A DNA stretch of 64,000 nt from the IMG/VR virus record IMGVR_UViG_3300047094_002472. One strand, written 5' to 3'. Below are positions 27,201 to 35,720 of this stretch, piece after piece. How positions within the stretch are numbered: the stretch's first letter is position 1; every line of letters starts with the position of its first letter. The notes under the pieces were generated by a model that did no database searches, had not been told where the DNA came from, and saw only the letters and a list, made by a program, of their open reading frames with translations. This stretch comes from a virus. The translations under genes were made by a program, and so were the position numbers.

Positions 27201-28743
27201 GACCGCCAGTTGTGGTTGGGCCACTGGTAGTTGGAACGCTCGTGGTGGTTGGACCGCCAGTTGTGGTCGGGCCACTGGTAGTTGGAACGCTCGTGGTGGT
27301 TGGACCGCTGGTTGTGGTCGGGCCACTGGTAGTTGGAACGCTCGTGGTGGTTGGACCGCCAGTTGTGGTTGGGCCACTGGTAGTTGGAACGCTCGTGGTG
27401 GTTGGACCGCCAGTTGTGGTTGGGCCACTGGTAGTTGGAACGCTCGTGGTGGTTGGACCGCCAGTTGTGGTTGGGCCACTGGTAGTTGGAACGCCCGTTG
27501 TGGTTGGTCCGCTGGTTGTAGTAGGACCGCCAGTTGTTGTGGGACATTCACAAATTTCATGTTGAGTTGGATCAAAATCGCAAAGACTAATTGCTAGACA
27601 GGCTGATTCAGAACTAAGAGTGTTAACAGATTCTGAAACTATAGATAAGTTATTCTCTGTTAAGATAGAAATTATGTCTCTAACACAAACTATTTGTCCT
27701 TCGCATGGAGAAGGAGTCGTGGTCAGACTTACACAGCCTACTTGTTCACAGGTCTCGCCTGGAGTGAATTGTGTAATTATTGAGGATGGTCTTGGAACCA
27801 ACATGCAGTTTTCGTATGTGGTTATGTTGCATCCTAAAAATGTTCCGTCTGATAGGCGGAAACAACAAGCTCCGGTTTGCGGTTGTTGTGTAGTAGTGGC
27901 ACTACCACACGGAGAGCCGTCTAGATTTAAACATACTAATTCTGGACAACCACTTTCCCCTATAGTTGTTGTACGATAACATGGAGCTTCGCAATCGCCT
28001 GTTATAAACAGGTCTGCGCATTTTGGAATAATTAAAACAGTACCACTAGTTGTAATAGAGTCGTTTGTTGTAATAGTAAAAGTAGAAGAATTTGATATTG
28101 TCGATACATTATAGGTTCCAGATATTGATAATCCAGTAATAGTCTCGAACTGTACTATAGACCCGGCAGAAAGTCCGTGATTTGGGAGAGTGACCTCTAT
28201 CGTATTTCCTTGCTGACTATACATTGCTTCGTTTGCGTTGTATGGTTTATACAAAACGTATGGAAGCTCTTCTGTTTTACTTAAAATAATATAGGAGGTA
28301 TTATCTGTAAAACTAGATAATGAATTAAAAATATTGGAAGGAGAATAGGAGAGATAGCCTGTGCCGTTGGCATTTGTTGTATATGCTGTTATTAGCTTAT
28401 CTTTAAATGCAGACTGAGATAGATTTACTGAATCTCCAAAATATTTTACGGTCCTTAGTGGCTCTCTGACTATATAAAAAATAGGAGCATCATAGTCTGG
28501 AGGGGTAGAAGGTATGTTCAGACTATATGGTAGTTGATTTGAATTACTTTCTATGAGATAAACACGATCTCTACTAAGAAAAGAGAGAGAATTGAAGTTA
28601 CTACTAGAAGAATAGGATACGTAGCCAGACCCCACACTATTAGTGGAATAGATATTCTTGATTCCCTGGCCTTGTAGATCGAAGATATTTGTTTGATCTC
28701 TTAACCACTGTAGAAATATAAGGGGTTTATTTACTAACATCAT
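24250..28743 (-). CDS. 1497-aa mucin-like protein with GACC Cys modules and C-terminal leishmanolysin (M8)-like metalloprotease
   Basis: PTTT repeat tracts; GACC/SACC modules; HELGHAIGIG...GTPSGHWED...NDIMVG. Confidence 0.8.
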   Translation of the reverse strand: MMLVNKPLIFLQWLRDQTNIFDLQGQGIKNIYSTNSVGSGYVSYSSSSNFNSLSFLSRDRVYLIESNSNQLPYSLNIPSTPPDYDAPIFYIVREPLRTVKYFGDSVNLSQSAFKDKLITAYTTNANGTGYLSYSPSNIFNSLSSFTDNTSYIILSKTEELPYVLYKPYNANEAMYSQQGNTIEVTLPNHGLSAGSIVQFETITGLSISGTYNVSTISNSSTFTITTNDSITTSGTVLIIPKCADLFITGDCEAPCYRTTTIGESGCPELVCLNLDGSPCGSATTTQQPQTGACCFRLSDGTFLGCNITTYENCMLVPRPSSIITQFTPGETCEQVGCVSLTTTPSPCEGQIVCVRDIISILTENNLSIVSESVNTLSSESACLAISLCDFDPTQHEICECPTTTGGPTTTSGPTTTGVPTTSGPTTTGGPTTTSVPTTSGPTTTGGPTTTSVPTTSGPTTTGGPTTTSVPTTSGPTTTSGPTTTSVPTTSGPTTTGGPTTTSVPTTSGPTTTGGPTTTSVPTTSGPTTTSGPTTTSVPTTSGPTTTGGPTTTSVPTTSGPTTTGGPTTTSVPTTSGPTTTSTPCPPISVPPCINNCGYNLVSINGCFKLECADCPTTTTGPTTTGGPTTTSIPKRWSITCGDAIEVLPHCYELPSYVNSNGEYVSQAECESALPTSACFGACCEGENNCTNNETAPRCRPQNGKTFYAQQSCSDINWCVPTTSGPTTTSGPTTTGVPTTSGPTTTSGPTTTGVPTTSGPTTTSGPTTSGPTTTSGPTTTGVPTTSGPTTTSGPTTTSGPTTTGVPTTSGPTTTSGPTTTGVPTTSGPTTTSGPTTTSGPTTTGVPTTSGPTTTGGPTTTLDPRSACCYFSVNLGTGQRTFIDCINNITEQQCYSPFPDTIETNYIRGVSCSQSNCSQATTTVGPTTTIDPPAWYCVKLIETTSQPTSGPTSQPTSGPTSQPTSGPTSQPTSGPTSQPTSSPTTTSGPATTATPTTTTTATPTTTTTATPTTTVAPTTTVRPTTTTTIAPTTIPPTTTPSPTPQNLVWSTSNLIPSGAAYPTQAKLTFNYPVNQSYAYSGPPDVDIQYYYTPAVGEQPKPGAVALAWTSLNNLGGIILYRETDFSTTSNCSGGYTLCVTPGSQGTIFLVGLTEYIGFGSFSFRISVNRIGNGYSPYSAVAMPGQLFLSRPTTTTPAPPPAPAFNTGSFSLIANTTIRNQLTQAANRWMQNLRVSGANTNYIRNFRPDWNGIELVDFQAVNNPTDNWIASCAVVSETGPIGNNPIKRTSVEFDIWINTAFWNNYNNAQKIVILVHELGHAIGIGTLWTNIEVSENGLIDNQFLLRETQPNTYNLYEKAVRKYCQCAFPNVNLNMEPWPRTKIPLENTGGAGTPSGHWEDLFRPASTAPFGDRDSYPGLSNDIMVGYFDTAINYIISSITIQNLVDMGYEAINPEGEGCPTFARGAQFSVSNIEDSSKIKLNCSRPNHRPTKIITLGPES
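25700..25925 (-). repeat. coding tandem repeats: 24-bp (QPTSGPTS) about 5 copies and 21-bp (ATPTTTT) about 3 copies
   Basis: Direct near-identical nucleotide repeats. Confidence 0.9.
26170..26590 (-). repeat. coding tandem repeats of GPTTTS/GPTTTGVPTTS units
   Basis: Near-identical 18-bp and 33-bp units. Confidence 0.9.
27005..27540 (-). repeat. 51-bp tandem repeat (GPTTTGGPTTTSVPTTS), about 10 copies
   Basis: Near-identical nucleotide units. Confidence 0.92.
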
Positions 28744-28812
28744 ATCCTTGTTTTTTTTAGGAATGCTCTATAAGCTTTACTTACACCCCCAACTTGAGTA
28801 ATGCTGTTTTTT

Positions 28813-29049
28813 TTACCATTTACCAACTGGGCATTTCTGATCGCCCCAAGCCAGTTTGTTCAGAAACACCTTTTTATTATTCACATTACAGCCACATTGT
28901 AAACATTGGCTATTTTTTCTATCAAAAAACTCACACGAAGAACATATTGTAAATCTGCGACCTATTTCGCCTTGAGAGCTTTTTGGCGAGCCAGAGTAGA
29001 TATGCCAAAATAAAGATTTAAGAAATGTGGCTATTCTGAGAAAGGTCAT
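28813..29049 (-). CDS. small Cys-rich protein
   Basis: CxxC...CxxCGC...CPxGKW. Confidence 0.65.
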   Translation of the reverse strand: MTFLRIATFLKSLFWHIYSGSPKSSQGEIGRRFTICSSCEFFDRKNSQCLQCGCNVNNKKVFLNKLAWGDQKCPVGKW

Positions 29050-29278
29050 TTTTAGGAAAATCCTTTAGTGGTAAAATATTCCCATCTATATCTCTATAAT
29101 ATAGATCAAGATACTCCACTATAGTATTCCCATCAAACCACTGCACAAATCCATTAGATATATTAACACACATCTTTTGAACATTCTTATTCTTATGTCT
29201 AAAATCTGCACTTAATGCAAACTTATTATCATTAAGGGCAAAGATATCCCCGTTATTTAACTCCTCTAAATATTTCAT
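29018..29278 (-). CDS. hypothetical protein
   Basis: Overlapping ORF chain. Confidence 0.55.
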   Translation of the reverse strand: MKYLEELNNGDIFALNDNKFALSADFRHKNKNVQKMCVNISNGFVQWFDGNTIVEYLDLYYRDIDGNILPLKDFPKNDLSQNSHIS

Positions 29279-29457
29279 TCTTCATCTGTCTCCCAATCTT
29301 CCCACGCTTCGTCTGCTCTTGTATCTTCCATTTTCTTTTTAAGCTGTTTCTTAGATTTGTTGAGAAACCTTTGTTCTTCGGAAACTTCTTGCTTGGAACG
29401 AAAATTACTTTGTAGATTTTTTCTACGACTATCTTTTCTGTTTTCTGGATCTTTCAT
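29275..29457 (-). CDS. small charged hypothetical protein
   Basis: ORF chain downstream of a TTGACA element at about 29519-29524. Confidence 0.5.
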   Translation of the reverse strand: MKDPENRKDSRRKNLQSNFRSKQEVSEEQRFLNKSKKQLKKKMEDTRADEAWEDWETDEE

Positions 29458-29632
29458 TTTTTTTATAGGTGAGAGTGCGAAGCTATTGTGTATCTTATAC
29501 TATGGCCGGTTTTGTTTTTGTCAAGGCTAAAATAAAAATTTCTTCGCTTGACTAATCGAATACCGGGGATAATATTGTGCAGGTCCGGGGTTATTCTACT
29601 ACTCTCTAGACAATATCCATTAGGAAATATCA

Positions 29633-31189
29633 ATGATCCACCCCAAAGTATCGTGTCTTTGCCCAACAAGAGGTAGATTTGACACCTTAAGGGAATCTTT
29701 GGCGTTTTTTCTTTTACAGGACTATTCCAATAAGGAAATGATTGTATTTAATAATCATCCAGAGCCAATGGCAATTCATCCAAAGCTAATAAAGCATAAT
29801 ATTAAAGTTATTAATGCTGGGGACTATAGTGGAAAGTCTATGCAGAAAATATATAGCGACGCTCTACAGTATGTTTCTCATGACTCAGAATACATTGCGA
29901 TATGGGACGATGACGATATGTATTTCCCATGGCATTTATCTGACAACATGAATAAATTAATATCCTCTAAAGAAAAATTAGCTATAAGACCTGCTGCTGG
30001 ATATTGGCAAGACATAAATAATGCTACGGGAATAGAGTATAGCTTCATGCAAAACAATCTTGAAGCTGGAATGATAGCCAGAAAAGACATTGTCTTTTTT
30101 AACTCCGGGATCAATGACACCAAATCAGAGCACTACACGCACCCGCATCTGCTATGGACAGGTACAGCCAACTCAAATAATCATTTTATACTAAACGACA
30201 AAATAACCGCCGTGTATAGATGGGGATATGGAAAATCCTATGCTCACCTACAGTCTGCTGGCCCGCATAGGAATAATTCTGATACAGGTATTAATAAAGC
30301 TTTAACGCCAAAGGGCGTAAGTTCTCTTTTTTTTGATTTTTTACATAAGTGTAGCTATGATTTTTCATCTAATAAAGTGTTAAACTTTGATAGTGACAGA
30401 AAAGCCGAGTTTCTGCTAAAACTATTATCTAATAATATTTATATGTATGATCATGTCGATAAATACAAAGCTTGGCTATATTGGGATAGTAAAAATATCC
30501 CACAGTTTATAAAAGAATGTAACAGAAGCATACAAGAAAACACATTTGCCAAAGTAGAAATTACAGATGATGATTATATCAATAATGTTTTAAAAATTAA
30601 AATACCCGATAAGATCCTATCTTGTGGACCACAGCAAAAGGCCGACTATATCAGAATATACTTATTAAATTATTTTGGTGGCTGGTGGTTTGATGCTGAC
30701 ACATATGTTGTTGGAGACTTAGACAAATATTATTTTAACTTTTTGACACATAATGAGACTGTTTTTCCTTGGGAATATAATATTGTTGGTAATATCACGA
30801 CCCCTATTTTAAGTTCTAAACCCCACGGCTTAATAATTAGGGAAGCATATAATAATATACATGAATTTTTAAAAACAGACCAACAAATAGGGTGGTCTGG
30901 ACTAGGAATCAATGGCATCATAAAGTCTGCCCAAAAATGGAAAGACAGAATAGGATGGAATTTATTTGGTCTAAAAGATATAGCAACCTATGGATATAAT
31001 AATAACTTAATAGACAAATGGGATTTTTCTAATATGGAAGCGTCAAAACTACAAATGATAATATTTCACTGGAGTCAAATAGGTGCCGAACTGAATGGAA
31101 AAATAAAAGAAAATCCCACAACAAAAGATATCATTGACACCTATCCTAATTTAGAAAAATTATTTAATCTGTCAAAACAAAGGTACTAA
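29633..31189 (+). CDS. two-domain glycosyltransferase (GT2-like plus DXD capsular-synthesis/GT32-like)
   Basis: VSCLCPTRGR...QDY...WDDDD; LYWD...KADYIRIYLL..FGGWWFDADT. Confidence 0.85.
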   Translation: MIHPKVSCLCPTRGRFDTLRESLAFFLLQDYSNKEMIVFNNHPEPMAIHPKLIKHNIKVINAGDYSGKSMQKIYSDALQYVSHDSEYIAIWDDDDMYFPWHLSDNMNKLISSKEKLAIRPAAGYWQDINNATGIEYSFMQNNLEAGMIARKDIVFFNSGINDTKSEHYTHPHLLWTGTANSNNHFILNDKITAVYRWGYGKSYAHLQSAGPHRNNSDTGINKALTPKGVSSLFFDFLHKCSYDFSSNKVLNFDSDRKAEFLLKLLSNNIYMYDHVDKYKAWLYWDSKNIPQFIKECNRSIQENTFAKVEITDDDYINNVLKIKIPDKILSCGPQQKADYIRIYLLNYFGGWWFDADTYVVGDLDKYYFNFLTHNETVFPWEYNIVGNITTPILSSKPHGLIIREAYNNIHEFLKTDQQIGWSGLGINGIIKSAQKWKDRIGWNLFGLKDIATYGYNNNLIDKWDFSNMEASKLQMIIFHWSQIGAELNGKIKENPTTKDIIDTYPNLEKLFNLSKQRY

Positions 31190-31196
31190 AGACATA

Positions 31197-31694
31197 ATGC
31201 CTGGATCATATAGTGATTTCAAAGAAGAGATCAAGAGACATCTCTGTTCAACTCTCGACCCAGATTCAAATATCTTAGATGTTGGCGCCGGACTAGGAAC
31301 GTATGGTCTTCTACTAAGAGACTATTTTAATAAAATAGACGCTATTGAAATTTTTGAACCATATATAAACCACTATAACTTAAAAAATATCTATTCTAAT
31401 GTTTTTTTAGCCGATATAAAAATATTTAATATTTATAAACATGATTATATAATTATGGGTGATGTATTTGAACATCTTTCTCAATATGATTCTATAAAAA
31501 TTCTTGACAAAATTAATGGCTTAAATAAAAAATGTCTTATAGCTGTTCCATATATGTATCCTCAAGGAGAGTGTTATGGCAATATCCACGAAACACACCT
31601 ACAGCCCGATCTGACAGAAGATAAAATGATTAAATTTTATAGCTTAAATAAATTATTTGGAAATAATAGATACGGTTATTTTATTAATTATTAA
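31197..31694 (+). CDS. class I SAM-dependent methyltransferase
   Basis: ILDVGAGLG, AIEIF, GDVFEHL. Confidence 0.85.
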   Translation: MPGSYSDFKEEIKRHLCSTLDPDSNILDVGAGLGTYGLLLRDYFNKIDAIEIFEPYINHYNLKNIYSNVFLADIKIFNIYKHDYIIMGDVFEHLSQYDSIKILDKINGLNKKCLIAVPYMYPQGECYGNIHETHLQPDLTEDKMIKFYSLNKLFGNNRYGYFINY

Positions 31695-31698
31695 TTTT

Positions 31699-32646
31699 TT
31701 ATAGTACAGGATATAATATTCCATAGCCCTCATATTCTTTTTTACCAGAATACTTTGGATTGTCTAAAGACCTAGACTTTTTCTTAAATACATTTATATA
31801 GTCATCTGCTGTTTTTAGCATCCCGTCCATAGCAGAGTACTTTATTTTGCGACTATATGAAAGCAGCAGACTAGCACATCCCACAGCAAATGGATTACTC
31901 ATGCTTGTGCCACTCATCATAGCATATTTATTACCCGGAACAGAGCTAACTATCTCATGTCCAGGAGCTAAAAAGTCTAGCTCTTCTCCGCTACATGTAA
32001 AGCTGGTTCTTTCCAGATTCTTGTCTATCGCACCAATACTAACAACATTAGAATATTTACCAGGATACATTATAGAGGATCTTTCGCCAGCGTTACCAGC
32101 AGCAGAAAAGACTACAACATTTTTAGAACACGCATAATCTATTGCTTGCTTAATCGCCTGACTTGACGAAGGAGAACCAAGAGACATCGTGATTAGATCC
32201 GCACCATTATCTGCTGCCCAAGATACCGCCTCGGCTATGGCCCTAGTATCACCCAGACCATCATCATTCAATGCCTTGAGAGGCATTATTTTAGTTTTAG
32301 GGGCAACACCCACCATACCTAAACCATTGTCTGTGGCGGCGATTGTACCGCTAACATGAGAACCGTGACCATTACCATCAATGGGATCTTTATCTTCTAA
32401 AAAATTCTTACCTTGAATTAAGTTGTCTTTAAGATCGTCGTGATATAAATCGCAACCAGTATCTATTACTGCAACAACAACGCCTTCACCTTTAGAATAT
32501 TGCCATTGATCTTTTATATTAAATTTTGTAATTTCCCAACCACAATACTGACCACTAGAGGTTGATAAGCCATAAACGTTCTCTCTATCATATGGAAGAA
32601 GACCACAATCTTTTTTATTACGTCTATTTTTCATCATTTTCTCCAT
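31699..32646 (-). CDS. subtilisin-like S8 protease
   Basis: VAVIDTG, HGSHVSG, AAGN, SGTSMS. Confidence 0.92.
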   Translation of the reverse strand: MEKMMKNRRNKKDCGLLPYDRENVYGLSTSSGQYCGWEITKFNIKDQWQYSKGEGVVVAVIDTGCDLYHDDLKDNLIQGKNFLEDKDPIDGNGHGSHVSGTIAATDNGLGMVGVAPKTKIMPLKALNDDGLGDTRAIAEAVSWAADNGADLITMSLGSPSSSQAIKQAIDYACSKNVVVFSAAGNAGERSSIMYPGKYSNVVSIGAIDKNLERTSFTCSGEELDFLAPGHEIVSSVPGNKYAMMSGTSMSNPFAVGCASLLLSYSRKIKYSAMDGMLKTADDYINVFKKKSRSLDNPKYSGKKEYEGYGILYPVL

Positions 32647-33373
32647 TTATTGTTTTGTTTATCCAATCAATATACAAGCTGACTCTAGTATGTCCACTCT
32701 CGTCCCCATATGTTGAGTCTGGCTTTCCATCCATAGCCATAACACAAGAATTAATACCAGCTAATTTATTTCCAATAAATAATCCACCGCCACTATCCCC
32801 ACTACCTATAATAAACTCTAGTTCTGTTCTATTATGACGAGAAGGAGTGCAGACTAATAGTTTTCTATCTATAGATTCTATTATGTTAGAACCAGCCCGT
32901 CTTTTATCGTCACTGTATTTTACGCCTGTATTAAAAGTTCCATGTAAACCAAATCCTGATATGGAACACACCTCTCCTACCTCATCATCATCACTATAAA
33001 ATTCTGGATAAAAATCCAATCCAAGATCTTCTTCTGTATTGCCTAAAGCAATATCATATTCACCAAAATTATTTTCGTGATAGTTCTCATGATATGTTAC
33101 TGTCTCGACACATATTTTTTTGTCCCCAGAAGTAACATAGCAAGTCTCGCAGTTCTGTACAACATGGGCCGCTGTCATTACCCATCTTGGTTTTATTGCC
33201 ACAGCAGAGGCACAAAACGGCTTTCCATCCTTATATTTTCCGCAAACCTTTAAAACAAACTTGAATTTTGACCCATATTCCACATACTTTTCGTCTGGCG
33301 TATTTGGATCTATTGTGCCACCAAATGAGATAGAAGCTACCATAAATATGGCTAAAGCTAAAAGGAGTTTCAT
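32624..33373 (-). CDS. secreted trypsin-like S1 protease
   Basis: Signal peptide, TAAHV, YDIAL, GDSGGG. Confidence 0.9.
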   Translation of the reverse strand: MKLLLALAIFMVASISFGGTIDPNTPDEKYVEYGSKFKFVLKVCGKYKDGKPFCASAVAIKPRWVMTAAHVVQNCETCYVTSGDKKICVETVTYHENYHENNFGEYDIALGNTEEDLGLDFYPEFYSDDDEVGEVCSISGFGLHGTFNTGVKYSDDKRRAGSNIIESIDRKLLVCTPSRHNRTELEFIIGSGDSGGGLFIGNKLAGINSCVMAMDGKPDSTYGDESGHTRVSLYIDWINKTINGENDEK

Positions 33374-33388
33374 ATACCACCCCCGTGA

Positions 33389-33700
33389 TCATGGCTTATT
33401 TTTCACCTTACTATAGTACACCGCACAGTCATGTTCGACATCTTTATTCCAGCTCTTATAATCCATAAAATGCCCAAATGTTAAATGACACTGATTATCG
33501 CATAATGTTATCAAATTTAATGGGTCTAATTCTAGTTCGGGGTATTTATGTACTGGTTTTATATGATGAACCTCTAACCCTTTTGTTTTTCCACAAGCGG
33601 AACATTTAGGGTATTTTGCTAAGTGTTCTCTTCTTAGATCTTTCCATCTAGGAGATCTACTTGCATATCTGATTTCTTTTGGTTTTAAAAAATTAAACAT
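33389..33700 (-). CDS. small HNH endonuclease
   Basis: CxxC...EVHH.....NLITLC...CH. Confidence 0.85.
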   Translation of the reverse strand: MFNFLKPKEIRYASRSPRWKDLRREHLAKYPKCSACGKTKGLEVHHIKPVHKYPELELDPLNLITLCDNQCHLTFGHFMDYKSWNKDVEHDCAVYYSKVKNKP

Positions 33701-33772
33701 TTCGCTATACTTTTATCGTGTATAATATAATTGTAATACGCTCACAAAAAGAACGCTTAAGAAGGAGAATCC

Positions 33773-34135
33773 ATGATTTCCGGCAAGGTATGGGGAACTA
33801 CTCAGTGTATTTTTAAACATAATAATGTATCTATACACAGAATAGACATAAAAAAGGGAGGAACCTGCTCAAAACACTATCATTTACACAAATATAATAG
33901 GTTTTTTGTTGAGAATGGAAATCTTAAGATTCTAGTCTGGCAGAAAGACTATGACTTAGTTGATGAAACCATACTATCTCCAGGTCAATCGACAGAAATC
34001 AAACCCGGACTATTTCATCAGTTTGTAGCACTAGAAGACACGATAGCTTATGAGATATATTATTTAGAACTAGAAGATAATGACATTATTAGAGATTCTT
34101 GTGGTCATTTAATAAGTCCTAATAGAAAGAATTAA
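33773..34135 (+). CDS. cupin (sugar isomerase-like)
   Basis: KVWG, CSKHYH, PGLFHQF, EIY...DIIR; upstream CGTGTA motif and AAGGAG SD. Confidence 0.8.
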   Translation: MISGKVWGTTQCIFKHNNVSIHRIDIKKGGTCSKHYHLHKYNRFFVENGNLKILVWQKDYDLVDETILSPGQSTEIKPGLFHQFVALEDTIAYEIYYLELEDNDIIRDSCGHLISPNRKN

Positions 34136-34137
34136 TT

Positions 34138-35691
34138 ATGAATTCATGGGATTGTTTCGACACTTTGATAGCTAGATCTTTTCATAGTCCTAAATCTATT
34201 TTTGATATAGTGGGTAAAAAAATTGGAGATTTATCCTTTACGCAAAAAAGAATAGACGCTGAAAGACTCTCTAAGCACAAGACATACGAAGATATATATG
34301 CACACTTACCACAATATGACTCCACACTAGAGATACAAACAGAAAAAGAGTATTCTTTTCCTATTTTAGAAAACTGGAATCGCGTAAAAGATGGAGATAT
34401 TATTATCTCAGACATGTATTTATCGTCTTCGCAGATTCGAGACCTGCTAGACCATCACGGTTTCAATAAGGATATAAGAATTATATCTACATATGGTGGT
34501 AAACATTCTGGAAGAGTATGGTCTTCTCTAAAAAACTCTAAAATTAATATTGAAAATCATTATGGGGATAATTTACATTCTGATATCAAAATGTCTAGAA
34601 GTTTTGGTTTCAATAGTATTTTTTTTGGTGGCAATGAATTTACACAAGAAGAGCGGTACTTGAGCGACAATAATCAATATTTTTTAGCAGCTCTTATGCG
34701 TAGGGCTAGACTATCGAATCCATATTTTGCACCAAAGTCTTCGTTTATTCATAGTGCTGGTTCTTTTCAAAATATAGCTGGTCATGACTGGATTGAAGAA
34801 ATCCATGGCCAAGTATATCTATATACTTTAAATAAAAATTTTGAAGACCATTTTCTTTTAAGAAACAAAAAATATAAGAATACTTTTGTGAAACTATATT
34901 TCGACGGCACCAGTCTTGTTTGTCACGACGCACACACCTACACTCCTCTTTATAAAGGAATTTGGACTGAAGACCCATTAAACTATGAATCCCCAACCCA
35001 GAGATTGATTTGGATAGATCAATCACAATTTAATTTGCCTATTTTAGTTTTAACAGCATTAGCCCTACCGACAGATAAAAATTTAGTTTTTTCACAAAGA
35101 GATTGTTTATACCTTCGTCAAATATATAACATTCTGTTAGAAAAGAACTCTCCAATGCTAGAGGTTTGTCGCAGATCTTATCTTAAACCATTCAGTCAAG
35201 AATATATAAACTACATTATATCTACCACAAAAAATTCTACTATAGTTGATTCACATGGTAGCGGATACTCATCAAATATGTTCCTTCAAACATATAATCA
35301 TACTTGCGATGTTTATCATATATTTAAACATTATTTAGACATGACACAAAAAAAACGTCTTGGATTCTTTGAAGACTTTGAGATAGGACACCAAATGGAG
35401 TGTACTTCTTTAGGCGGAAGAACATGGTTTTGTCCTGGAAGATCATTTGAAAAATACAATATCCATGACACAGGAAGACTTATCGGCTGGCAAAGCAATG
35501 CTCCTGTTAGAAATGTTCCCGAACATGATAAAATTATTGCCACAACTATTGAAAAAGCAATAAATAATACCTGCTCTTTCCTTCATCTGTATAAAGATTT
35601 GCTTGTAGTCAACAATGAAATACTGCCAACTCTAGCTAAAAAACTTAAGAATACTTTTACTGATATAGTGGTGAATACTATAGGAAAATAA
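34138..35691 (+). CDS. HAD-like hydrolase of polysaccharide-locus type
   Basis: WDCFDTLIAR, ISDMYL, GKHSG, HYGDNLHSD. Confidence 0.8.
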   Translation: MNSWDCFDTLIARSFHSPKSIFDIVGKKIGDLSFTQKRIDAERLSKHKTYEDIYAHLPQYDSTLEIQTEKEYSFPILENWNRVKDGDIIISDMYLSSSQIRDLLDHHGFNKDIRIISTYGGKHSGRVWSSLKNSKINIENHYGDNLHSDIKMSRSFGFNSIFFGGNEFTQEERYLSDNNQYFLAALMRRARLSNPYFAPKSSFIHSAGSFQNIAGHDWIEEIHGQVYLYTLNKNFEDHFLLRNKKYKNTFVKLYFDGTSLVCHDAHTYTPLYKGIWTEDPLNYESPTQRLIWIDQSQFNLPILVLTALALPTDKNLVFSQRDCLYLRQIYNILLEKNSPMLEVCRRSYLKPFSQEYINYIISTTKNSTIVDSHGSGYSSNMFLQTYNHTCDVYHIFKHYLDMTQKKRLGFFEDFEIGHQMECTSLGGRTWFCPGRSFEKYNIHDTGRLIGWQSNAPVRNVPEHDKIIATTIEKAINNTCSFLHLYKDLLVVNNEILPTLAKKLKNTFTDIVVNTIGK

Positions 35692-35720
35692 ATTATTCTA
35701 TACAACATAGATTCTTTTAA

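Noticed and set aside
25615-27575. Repetitive ORFs in other frames and a CRISPR-like appearance
   Set aside because: Frame shadows of the PTTT tandem repeats; no spacers
29463-29669. 68-aa minus-strand ORF
   Set aside because: Spans a divergent promoter region and overlaps the GT start; probably non-coding
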